The notes under the pieces: generated by a model | Database searches by the model: none | Seen by the model: the letters and a program-made list of their open reading frames with translations, nothing else | Told to the model about the DNA's origin: nothing | From: Candidatus Hydrogenedentota bacterium | Lineage (GTDB): Bacteria; Hydrogenedentota; Hydrogenedentia; Hydrogenedentales; GCA-2746185 | Assembly (NCBI GenBank): GCA_046583315.1 | Contig: JAYGCN010000004.1 | Location: 1-17,205, forward strand | Direction of reading: 5' to 3' | Length of the DNA: 17,205 bases | Translations under genes and position numbers: made by a program | In this document: positions 6,692 to 14,355 of the stretch, piece by piece | Layout of the letters: the number at the start of each line of letters is the position of its first letter | Numbering within the stretch: position 1 is the stretch's first letter

Positions 6692-9580
6692 ATGAACACC
6701 AGGCTGTCCCAGGTATCAACATCTTTTTGTTCGGCATTGATGCTCGTCTTCGCCCTGCAAATCATCGTTTCCCCTGATGCGCTCGCGCAAGATAACGAGG
6801 CTACCATCTCGCAAGCCGAAACACACTTTCGCGATGGGGTGCGTCTTTACAAGGAAGGTAACTTTCGCGAAGCACTCAATGAATTCAATCGCGTACTTGC
6901 ACTCGATTCCGACAATGCTGCTGCCAAGCAGTATAAAGCCGATACCGAGACGCAGCTTGTTCGTACCGAGTTGAAGGGCGCGACGACGACTTCTGGCGAA
7001 TACGAAATATTTGATCCCGATGCGCTTGAGGAATTGAGCAGCGCGACGATGACCGCAGAAGAGTACAAGATTCAAAGCGTGCGCGAGAATGTTGAGATGG
7101 GCGAAGACTATCTTGAGCATCAGATGTATCGGGAGGCCATCAACAAGTTCGAGCAAGTTCTTTTGACTGCACCGGACAACAAGCGTGCACAGGATGGTTT
7201 ACACAAGGCGGCGCTGGGATACGACGAGCAGCAAATAGTGGAATCTCAGAAAAGTCTTATCGAGCAGACCAAAGAAATTCGAAAAGGTATCCAGGACAAG
7301 AAACTCATGCCGCCCGGCGCAGGTGTTGATGGAATCAAATCGTTCCGTCTGTCAATCCCCACTATTGAGGAGCGTATAACTCCTATTGAAGAACGCGACA
7401 AAATAGAAGATATTCTGGACAGTGAAGTAGGTGTTGTCTTTGAGAATGTTCATCTTAAAGACTTGCTTGAAATACTTTCCGAGAACTACGACATCAACAT
7501 CATGGTTGATAATCGCGTCGTTCAGCCGCCCGTTTCGGAAGACGATACAGTTGCGGGCCGCGCGCCCGGAGCGCCACCCGCTCCAAGACCCACTAGCGGT
7601 GGCGGAGGCGGTTTTGGTGCCGGTGGTGGATTCGCCGGTATAGGCGGAGCTGGCGGAGCTGGTGGACAACAGGGCGATATCGGACCGGTGACTGACGGGA
7701 TGATTGACTACATCAATCTCAAAGACGTAACGCTTCGCCAGGCACTCAAAGCACTCTTGCGACCCCTTAACCTGGACTACTCGATCCAGCAGGGTTTTAT
7801 CTGGATCAGTACACCCGAAAAAATACGAACAGAATCATTTGACGATCTCGTTACCCGGTATTATGAACTGCGTAACGCTGGTGCCGAGACATTGTTCAAG
7901 CTGGTACTGGGCAATCCCAACACCAGCCAGCAGGGCGGTCAGGGTGGTCAGGGCGGTGGTGCTGGCGGTGGTGGCGGTGCAGGCGGCGGTGTCGGTGGCG
8001 GTGGCGGTGGTGCCGCAGCAGGCGGCGGCGCAGGCGGCGGTGCAGGCGGCGGTCAGGGCGGTCAGGGCGGTCAGGGTGGTCAAAACAACATCGTAGCAAT
8101 CGGAAACGTATCCGATTTGTTCTCAGGTGGATTTGACGATCAACTCGTCGGGGAATACCCGAATCCATTTGGTACCGGCGGCCAAGGCGGTCAAGGCGGC
8201 GGTGCTGGCCAGGGTGCTGGCGGCGGCGGCGTTGGAGGCGGCGGTATTGGCGGCGGCGCAGGCGGAATCGGCGGTGGAGCCGGCGGCGGAGCCGGTGGTC
8301 CGGGTGGTCAGAACAACTTCGGATATGGTCCCGGACTTGGGCCGTCCAGTGGTATTATTGGTGAGCCGCGAATCATGTACGTGTTGCGCAGCCTCGTGCC
8401 AGGCGTAATTGAGCCCATCACGGAAAAAGAACTTTCATTTATGTACTACAACCTTGTGAGCAATCAACTAATCGTCCACAATACACCGAACAATCACGAT
8501 ATTCTGGCAGAAAACCTAATTCACCTCGATGAAACGCCGCAGCAAGTGGCCATCGAAGCGAAATTCTTGACGATTGGTATCAATGATACCGAAAAGATTG
8601 GTTTCGACTGGACGACAAAATTCTCCGATGCCAATGATCGCGTGATTCCTCCTATAGTTCAGCAGCAAATATTATTGCCCGGTGGCATCGACGGCATCGA
8701 CGGCGGTGATGGTGGTGATGGTGGTGATGGTGGTGATGGTGGTGATGGCACAATCGGGATTTTCACTCCGCCGCCAACAATTGTTGATAGTAACGGGGAC
8801 GGTATCTTCGAAACCGTGCCCTTCGGCTTCAACCCCGATGCGTCACGCTACGGCAGCGCATTTTCACTGGCCAATCTGGGTGCCGCGCTTTCTCCCGGAG
8901 CAGCCGGCAATATTCTTGGTGAATTCACGATGTTGTCGACTCTGGATGGAGATCGATTGCAGTTGACTATCGATATGATCGATACGCTGGCGGAAAGTGA
9001 ACTGATGAGTGCGCCGCGCGTGACGACCATGAACCAGAAGCCAGCGGCGGTGGCAGACTTCGTGACGGAATACTACCGCACATCGCAGGATAACGAATCG
9101 AACGTAAATACCAATGGTCAAGGAGATACCGGCGGCGTGATTACCTCTACGACCCAGTCAACCTATACGCCGTTTCAGGCCGGTATTGCCTTCTCGGTAA
9201 CCCCACAAATATCCGGCAATCAGGTTCGCATGTGGTTGAACCCCTCCGTCGTGGAGATTGTCGGTGAGAGTAGTTTCACTCAAGCTCAGATCGTGGGTGG
9301 CCAGGTATTTCCGACTGAAATTGTGTTCCCAAAAATTGCAACCAAATCCGTTTGGACCAACGTCATTGTGCTGGATGGGGATACCGTTGTCCTGGGTGGT
9401 CTCGTGAGCGATACCTCTTCCCGCGAAGAAACCGGCGTTCCCTATCTGCAAGACATCCCGGTTATCGGGTTCTTCTTCCGCGGCAAATCGAGAACTGTGC
9501 GCCAGTCCAGCCTGCTCATTTTCGTGACGCCAACCATTATCGACCGGACCGGATCGCGCTACTTTGAGTCCAGTCTATAG
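6692..9580 (+). CDS. pilQ: Outer-membrane secretin (PilQ/GspD family) with N-terminal TPRs and Gly-rich insertions
   Basis: SD AGGAGG at 6676-6681. Signal peptide ending ALA-Q, two TPR-like motifs, STN/N0-like segments (FENVHLKDLL; LKDVTLRQALKALL), and the N3 end (NQLIVHNT...LDETPQQVAIEAKFL). Secretin core motifs: SAPRVTTMNQ, GIAFSVTPQI, DGDTVVLGGL, GVPYLQDIPVIGFFFR, LLIFVTPTII. Confidence 0.93.
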   Translation: MNTRLSQVSTSFCSALMLVFALQIIVSPDALAQDNEATISQAETHFRDGVRLYKEGNFREALNEFNRVLALDSDNAAAKQYKADTETQLVRTELKGATTTSGEYEIFDPDALEELSSATMTAEEYKIQSVRENVEMGEDYLEHQMYREAINKFEQVLLTAPDNKRAQDGLHKAALGYDEQQIVESQKSLIEQTKEIRKGIQDKKLMPPGAGVDGIKSFRLSIPTIEERITPIEERDKIEDILDSEVGVVFENVHLKDLLEILSENYDINIMVDNRVVQPPVSEDDTVAGRAPGAPPAPRPTSGGGGGFGAGGGFAGIGGAGGAGGQQGDIGPVTDGMIDYINLKDVTLRQALKALLRPLNLDYSIQQGFIWISTPEKIRTESFDDLVTRYYELRNAGAETLFKLVLGNPNTSQQGGQGGQGGGAGGGGGAGGGVGGGGGGAAAGGGAGGGAGGGQGGQGGQGGQNNIVAIGNVSDLFSGGFDDQLVGEYPNPFGTGGQGGQGGGAGQGAGGGGVGGGGIGGGAGGIGGGAGGGAGGPGGQNNFGYGPGLGPSSGIIGEPRIMYVLRSLVPGVIEPITEKELSFMYYNLVSNQLIVHNTPNNHDILAENLIHLDETPQQVAIEAKFLTIGINDTEKIGFDWTTKFSDANDRVIPPIVQQQILLPGGIDGIDGGDGGDGGDGGDGGDGTIGIFTPPPTIVDSNGDGIFETVPFGFNPDASRYGSAFSLANLGAALSPGAAGNILGEFTMLSTLDGDRLQLTIDMIDTLAESELMSAPRVTTMNQKPAAVADFVTEYYRTSQDNESNVNTNGQGDTGGVITSTTQSTYTPFQAGIAFSVTPQISGNQVRMWLNPSVVEIVGESSFTQAQIVGGQVFPTEIVFPKIATKSVWTNVIVLDGDTVVLGGLVSDTSSREETGVPYLQDIPVIGFFFRGKSRTVRQSSLLIFVTPTIIDRTGSRYFESSL
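7931..8315 (+). repeat. Two related Gly-rich low-complexity blocks (GGQ/GGA repeats) inside the secretin
   Basis: 9-bp CAGGGYGGT units at 7931-7957 and GGTCAGGGY units at 8051-8077. Both protein blocks begin GGQGGQGGGAG and end GGQNN. Confidence 0.85.
8684..8746 (+). repeat. In-frame 9-bp tandem repeats encoding (GID)2(GGD)5
   Basis: GGCATCGAC x2 (8684-8701), then GGCGGTGAT, then four exact GGTGGTGAT copies (8711-8746). Confidence 0.92.
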
Positions 9581-9607
9581 TCGACGGACAAAGTGATCAT
9601 CTAAACG

Positions 9608-9642
9608 GGCCCCATTCTTTACTGGATGCGGCCTTTTTCTTT
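9608..9642 (+). terminator. Putative intrinsic terminator after the secretin gene
   Basis: GGCCCCATTC-tttact-GGATGCGGCC forms a 10-bp stem with one mismatch and one G-U pair, followed by TTTTTCTTT. Confidence 0.6.
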
Positions 9643-9653
9643 ACAATCATCCC

Positions 9654-10934
9654 ATGCTCTTGATTCATGCCCTATATAATCTGTTGCTCACGCTCCTGGT
9701 GATTCCCGCTGCAGCGTATCTCGCTATCCATCCCAAACATAGACCGCTTCTTCATCGTTTTCGGCCCTTTATAGCGCCCACACTAAAGGCCGGGGCGATA
9801 TGGGTGCATGCCGCCAGCCTCGGCGAGGTCAATACAGCGCGGCCCATCGTGACCGCGCTCAGGGAGCGCTACCCGGAAGCCTCCATTGTGCTGACCACCT
9901 CCACCGTCACAGGAATGGCACAGGCCAACGATTTGCCAGACGTTGACGGTATCGCCTGGTTCCCATTCGATCACCCATGGAGTGTGGCCGGTTTTCTGGA
10001 ACGTCTCAAGCCAGCCCATCTCATACTCATCGAAACCGAGTTGTGGCCGAACGTGTTGTTCCACGCCCGGAAGCGAACGACAGTCGTCTCCCTGGTGAAC
10101 GGTCGGCTCAGCGAGAAACACTTCGGCGGCTATCTCCGGGCAGCACCGTTGCTGCGACCTGCCATTGAATCGATACAGCTTGCGGGTATGCAAAGCGCGC
10201 TCGACGCGGAACGCATTCAACGCCTGGGCCTTCGTGCGGACGCTGTGCACGTTCTCGGGAACACGAAATTTGACGGAGCGATTACGCAGGTCGACTCAGC
10301 GATCACGAATTCACTGCGCGAGCATTGTGGTATTGAGTCCACAGCATCAGTGCTCATTTTTGGGAGCACGCGGCCCGGTGACGAAGCACTGGCTGTAGAA
10401 TGCTGGGAGTATCTGCGCGAGCGCGTAACAGGTTTGCGACTCATCATCGCCCCTAGACACATACAACGTACACAAGAGATAGTCGGACAGCTCGAAAGAT
10501 ATTCACTGCTTCTGCGCAGTACCACGAAAGCACCCCAGACGGAGCACGTGGAGGCTACATCGGATGAGCGCCCTATCATCCTCTTGGATACCGTAGGCGA
10601 GTTAGTCCACTTTTATGCCTTGGCTGATGTCGCCGTCGTTGGAGGCAGCTTTTCTGATGATGTTCAGGGGCATAATCCCATCGAACCTGCGGCCCTGGGT
10701 GTGGCAACCGTGTTTGGCCCGTGTATGAAAAATTTCCATGTCCCGGCAGCCATGCTGGTGGAAGCCGAAGGGGCCACCCAGGTTTCGTGTGCCGACGATC
10801 TCCCCGCGCAGCTCCAGGCACTCTTTGTTGACGATGATTGCCGAAACGTGATGGGTCAACACGGACAGATTGCTGTACAACAAAACACAGGGGCCATCGA
10901 AGGCTTTCTGAAACACTTCGACGCACTTCGATGA
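9654..10934 (+). CDS. waaA: 3-deoxy-D-manno-octulosonic acid (Kdo) transferase, GT30
   Basis: N-terminal membrane anchor and WaaA motifs WVHAASLGE, TTSTVTG, PFD, ETELWPN, VNGRLS, GNTKFD, GST, IIAPRH, LDTVGEL, VGGS, GHNPIEPA, FGP.M.NF. Length (426 aa) is typical. Confidence 0.95.
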   Translation: MLLIHALYNLLLTLLVIPAAAYLAIHPKHRPLLHRFRPFIAPTLKAGAIWVHAASLGEVNTARPIVTALRERYPEASIVLTTSTVTGMAQANDLPDVDGIAWFPFDHPWSVAGFLERLKPAHLILIETELWPNVLFHARKRTTVVSLVNGRLSEKHFGGYLRAAPLLRPAIESIQLAGMQSALDAERIQRLGLRADAVHVLGNTKFDGAITQVDSAITNSLREHCGIESTASVLIFGSTRPGDEALAVECWEYLRERVTGLRLIIAPRHIQRTQEIVGQLERYSLLLRSTTKAPQTEHVEATSDERPIILLDTVGELVHFYALADVAVVGGSFSDDVQGHNPIEPAALGVATVFGPCMKNFHVPAAMLVEAEGATQVSCADDLPAQLQALFVDDDCRNVMGQHGQIAVQQNTGAIEGFLKHFDALR

Positions 10935-10964
10935 GCGACCCACGGGAAGCATAGTCGGGTAGAG

Positions 10965-11003
10965 AAAAGAAACGGCGCACTCCAGGAAGCTGGAGTACGC
11001 CGT
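10965..11003 (-). terminator. Intrinsic terminator of the minus-strand lipoprotein gene (may also stop waaA transcription)
   Basis: On the minus strand, ACGGCGTACTCCAG-cttc-CTGGAGTGCGCCGT forms a 14-bp stem with one G-U pair, followed by TTCTTTT. It lies between convergent stop codons. Confidence 0.85.
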
Positions 11004-11025
11004 GGTCACTTGATTTGCGGGAGGG

Positions 11026-13053
11026 CTAGTTCTTCAGGTGAATCTGCGCGGTATCTGCATTCAATACAACCACTGCACAACCATCGTCCACACTCACGTG
11101 GCCGTCCCACATCACGCCTTCGCCGTAGGCGTGGAAGTAATAGGTGTTTGGTGCCAATTCACCCGTGACGGTACCGCCGGGGGCTTCCTGGCCGCACACG
11201 ATGTCGTCTGCAACGGTAGCGGTATCAATCGTGCCAATGCCTCGACCGTTGAGGACGACGTCGATGGCACCATAGGCGAGGTCTTCACTGATAAAGCTGA
11301 CTTTACCTTTCGCGGGTGCAGTCAATCGAACAACACCGCTATTGGAACTGGTATTGGCATCGAATGGAGGTGGGAAATTCACGTGTGTGGAGGCTATCTC
11401 CAATTGATCGAAGAATACAGCGTTGGCACGAATTTCCGGCTTCACAATGAAGAACGGATCCGTATGCACATCAAGATACCAACCCGTTGTATAACTGGCC
11501 TCGAGCAGTAATGCGGCTTCATCGTTGGTCAATATTTTGATGATGTTCTCTACTCCTGGAATGAAGACGCCGGACGCGTCTACTGCCGGTTCATAGCGTG
11601 GGCGCGCATTAAAGTGAGGTACCAGGCCAAGGTCAATGAGAATCGGCCCCTCTTCGCCCGGTCGGCCGGTATGCACATGAATGGCAGCATCACCAATGCC
11701 CGCAGGCGGCTCCACATCATAGAGGAGCGCGAAGCTCTGATACTCATCGTTGTACACAACCTCAAGTGTATTTGGCGAACCCGTTTGGGGTACTGTATCG
11801 AATCCGTTCAGCACAAATGCTGAATCGAAGAATCGAATACCCCCTTGCGGATGCGAGGATACAATCGGAACGGAATACAAATCGAGATCGTTCGTGATAT
11901 GAGCGTCGGCGTACCAATGTCGACCGACCATTAGATGGACAAGTTCTTCGGAGAAACCAATTATGTTTCCTGAAACATCTTCGATAAAGGGATGTGAAAT
12001 CCCCGGTTCAAAATTCAGATTTGGCGCGAAATTGTCGACTGGACCGAGGGGGAGTCCGTTGCCGGGATCGTAGTTCCAAAAGATATCATCTACGTTGTCA
12101 TTCAAATCGCTACTGGGTCTTCCCCAATGGATGTGCGCCGCAGATGTCTCTGGATTCGGTTGCAGCATGCCATCCTGATCGAAAAAGGTGACCTCAGACA
12201 CATCGTGAGAAAATCCGGCACCGTAAAATAGGAGCGTGAATGTGGGAGGGACCAAGCCATCGGTCTGTGCCGCAATCTGTAGAAAACCCATGTCCAACGA
12301 TCCGAATAATGGTTCTTTGAATACGCTCTCAGCCGTATTAGGGAGATTTGGGCCGTTATAACGGACGTTTTCCTGGTCATCAATAACCAATACGTAACTA
12401 CGCAGGTTTTGCACAGAGCCGCCGAATTTCGGTTCGCCAAACGAAGGATAGCCACGCGACATAGCAACGCCAAGTCGTGAACTTGCGATACGAAATGAGT
12501 ATTGACCTACCCCACCGGCGAATTGGCTTTGAAAGCGCAGATAATAGTTTCCGGTGTAGGGGGCAAACCAAATGGCACGCAGATTGGAATCCGGGTCTGG
12601 AATTACTCCGGGATAAGGAAGCTCTACTGTCGTAGGGATTGTAAGGCTACCAGTCGAATCCAGTATCGAGTACAACAAGGATGAGTCGCCTTGACCACTT
12701 TGGTTATCTTGTGGGAAGTTAGCATGAAAGCCATAGGTATTCCCACCAACAAGCGACACCCGAAAGAAGTCAACATCGCCCGGATAATTGATGAATCGTT
12801 CATAGTCGACCTTCTCTTGGCCTTCGAAATCTTTTCCGCCAATAATTGCCTGGCTGGCAACGATCTGTGTTGCATGGGCTTGCAAGTTACCGTCGAGATC
12901 CACCACGCCAAGTAGTAATTCCTCGTTGTGGGGCTTGCTGCCCGAACTGCCGCCACCGCTGCATCCGGAAGAAATGACCGCTGCGCATAACACCAACGCC
13001 CAAGGTCGAAGAAGTTTAGTGATACTGCCACCATTGAAAGAGGCGAGATTCAT
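11026..13053 (-). CDS. Lipoprotein with a PPC-like beta domain and two CHRD-like domains
   Basis: Lipoprotein signal ...LVLCAAVISSG-C followed by a SGGGSSGS linker. PPC-like segment (INYPGDVDFFRVSL...APYTGNYYLR...GQYSFRI). CHRD-type motifs occur twice: SAAHIHWG...WYADAHIT...GGIR and AAIHVHTGRPGEEGPILIDL...GWYLDVHT...PEIRA. ATG 13053 has GGAG 6 nt upstream; the alternative start is 13074. Confidence 0.75.
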   Translation of the reverse strand: MNLASFNGGSITKLLRPWALVLCAAVISSGCSGGGSSGSKPHNEELLLGVVDLDGNLQAHATQIVASQAIIGGKDFEGQEKVDYERFINYPGDVDFFRVSLVGGNTYGFHANFPQDNQSGQGDSSLLYSILDSTGSLTIPTTVELPYPGVIPDPDSNLRAIWFAPYTGNYYLRFQSQFAGGVGQYSFRIASSRLGVAMSRGYPSFGEPKFGGSVQNLRSYVLVIDDQENVRYNGPNLPNTAESVFKEPLFGSLDMGFLQIAAQTDGLVPPTFTLLFYGAGFSHDVSEVTFFDQDGMLQPNPETSAAHIHWGRPSSDLNDNVDDIFWNYDPGNGLPLGPVDNFAPNLNFEPGISHPFIEDVSGNIIGFSEELVHLMVGRHWYADAHITNDLDLYSVPIVSSHPQGGIRFFDSAFVLNGFDTVPQTGSPNTLEVVYNDEYQSFALLYDVEPPAGIGDAAIHVHTGRPGEEGPILIDLGLVPHFNARPRYEPAVDASGVFIPGVENIIKILTNDEAALLLEASYTTGWYLDVHTDPFFIVKPEIRANAVFFDQLEIASTHVNFPPPFDANTSSNSGVVRLTAPAKGKVSFISEDLAYGAIDVVLNGRGIGTIDTATVADDIVCGQEAPGGTVTGELAPNTYYFHAYGEGVMWDGHVSVDDGCAVVVLNADTAQIHLKN

Positions 13054-13060
13054 AGTACGC

Positions 13061-13099
13061 TCCAAGTGTGTCATCTTTTGTAATCCAAATGTGTCATCT
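13061..13099. repeat. 16-bp direct repeat pair at the 5' end of the CHRD lipoprotein gene
   Basis: TCCAAGTGTGTCATCT (13061-13076) and TCCAAATGTGTCATCT (13084-13099) are identical at 15 of 16 positions, with a 23-bp period. Confidence 0.85.
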
Positions 13100-13177
13100 G
13101 TAGATTAAGGGAATCGATCCCGATGGAAGCGGGCCGCCCTGCGACTCCCAATTGCGCAGAGCCGTATAACCACGTCA

Positions 13178-13206
13178 ATGATAGCCGTTCTTAAGGCGAA
13201 GGTCAA
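13178..13206 (-). promoter_or_regulatory. Sigma70 promoter of the CHRD lipoprotein gene
   Basis: Minus strand TTGACC (13206-13201), 17 nt, TATCAT (13183-13178). Confidence 0.65.
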
Positions 13207-13404
13207 CAATTTATTGAAGTTCGTCCGCGATTATCCCCTATATTAGGATATAATAGCGATGCGAGTACGCAAAACAATCGACCAATTTATTTACTGTTCG
13301 CATTTTTATTACTGCAAGTATCGTTGTGTCAGGCACAATGGCTGAAACATGAGCATTGCTATGTCGTAGACTGAAAGTCACTGGGAGTTAAAACACGGTT
13401 CGCC

Positions 13405-14355
13405 ATGTCACTATTCCGTCGCACATCGGACGTAAATCGCTCGAACATACTGGCTTATGCACTCATCGCGCCCGCTCTGGCTGTTTTACTGCCCTTCGCC
13501 ATTTCCCCCTTCTTTTATGCAATCTATCTGAGTCTTTTTGAGTTTGAGGCGAATACATCGGAATATATAGGTGGTGTGCATTATGTCGCCGCGATTCAAA
13601 GCGAAGGATTCTGGAACAGCGTGCGCGTCACGATCTATTTTGCGGTCGGTACCGTGATACCCACTCTCCTGATCAGCACCATACTTGCGCTTGTTCTAAG
13701 TCACATCACTCGGCTACAATCGTTCCTGCGAATCGTCTATTTTTTGCCTTTCATCACCTCCGTCGTTGCCGCAGCGATGATTTGGCGTGCGATGTTCGAG
13801 CCGATTAACGGCCCCATCACGCAGCTCTTTATGCAATTGGGCCTGGAGCGCCAGGATTGGCTTCTTGAGCCGCGCGGCGTGTTGCATATTCTCACGGGCG
13901 GTGCAATTGACCCTACCTTCGGGCCGAGTCTGGCGTTGTGTTGTGTCATGGTCTTTGAAATCTGGCGCAGCATCGGGTTCATGGTCGTCATTCTGCTTGC
14001 CGCGCTCACGCAACGATCAAAGGGCCTCGAAGAAGCCGCAACGCTCGAAGGGGCCAATCGCACACAGCTCGCATGGCATGTGATTCTGCCCGGAATTTCG
14101 CCTACCCTGATGTTTTTGACGGTGGTCGCGACAATTCAGTCGTTTCAGGCCTTCAACGGATTTTTCGCGTTAACGGGTGATGGTCGCGGCCCGCTTGATA
14201 CGACGCAGAATATGACGGTGTACATTTACACGCAGTTTTACGAGTACGGACACATCGGCTACGGTTCCGCGAATGCTGTTCTGCTGAGCCTGGCCATCAT
14301 GGCGTTCACGGTTGTTCAGTTGCGTCTCACCGGGCAAAGGATGCAGAGTCGATGA
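13405..14355 (+). CDS. Carbohydrate ABC transporter permease (CUT1, UgpA/MalF-like)
   Basis: Multiple TM helices. Motifs FLRIVYFLPFITSVVAAAMIW, W..IGF.MV.LLAAL, EAA loop LEEAATLEGA, ITLP-like VILPGISPT, and GYGSA. Confidence 0.92.
   Translation: MSLFRRTSDVNRSNILAYALIAPALAVLLPFAISPFFYAIYLSLFEFEANTSEYIGGVHYVAAIQSEGFWNSVRVTIYFAVGTVIPTLLISTILALVLSHITRLQSFLRIVYFLPFITSVVAAAMIWRAMFEPINGPITQLFMQLGLERQDWLLEPRGVLHILTGGAIDPTFGPSLALCCVMVFEIWRSIGFMVVILLAALTQRSKGLEEAATLEGANRTQLAWHVILPGISPTLMFLTVVATIQSFQAFNGFFALTGDGRGPLDTTQNMTVYIYTQFYEYGHIGYGSANAVLLSLAIMAFTVVQLRLTGQRMQSR

Noticed and set aside
7598..8746. G-rich repeats as a CRISPR array, collagen or a separate repeat element
   Set aside because: They are 3/9-bp in-frame coding repeats without spacers, and Gly fills most positions rather than a strict Gly-X-Y pattern.
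7835..8966. Alternative-frame ORFs with Ala/Val, Thr/Ala, His/Arg or (MVV)n repeats
   Set aside because: These are shadow translations of the Gly-rich secretin codons.
9654..10934. waaA as a functional part of the secretin system
   Set aside because: It is an ordinary housekeeping LPS enzyme, separated by a terminator-like hairpin and probably transcribed from its own promoter.
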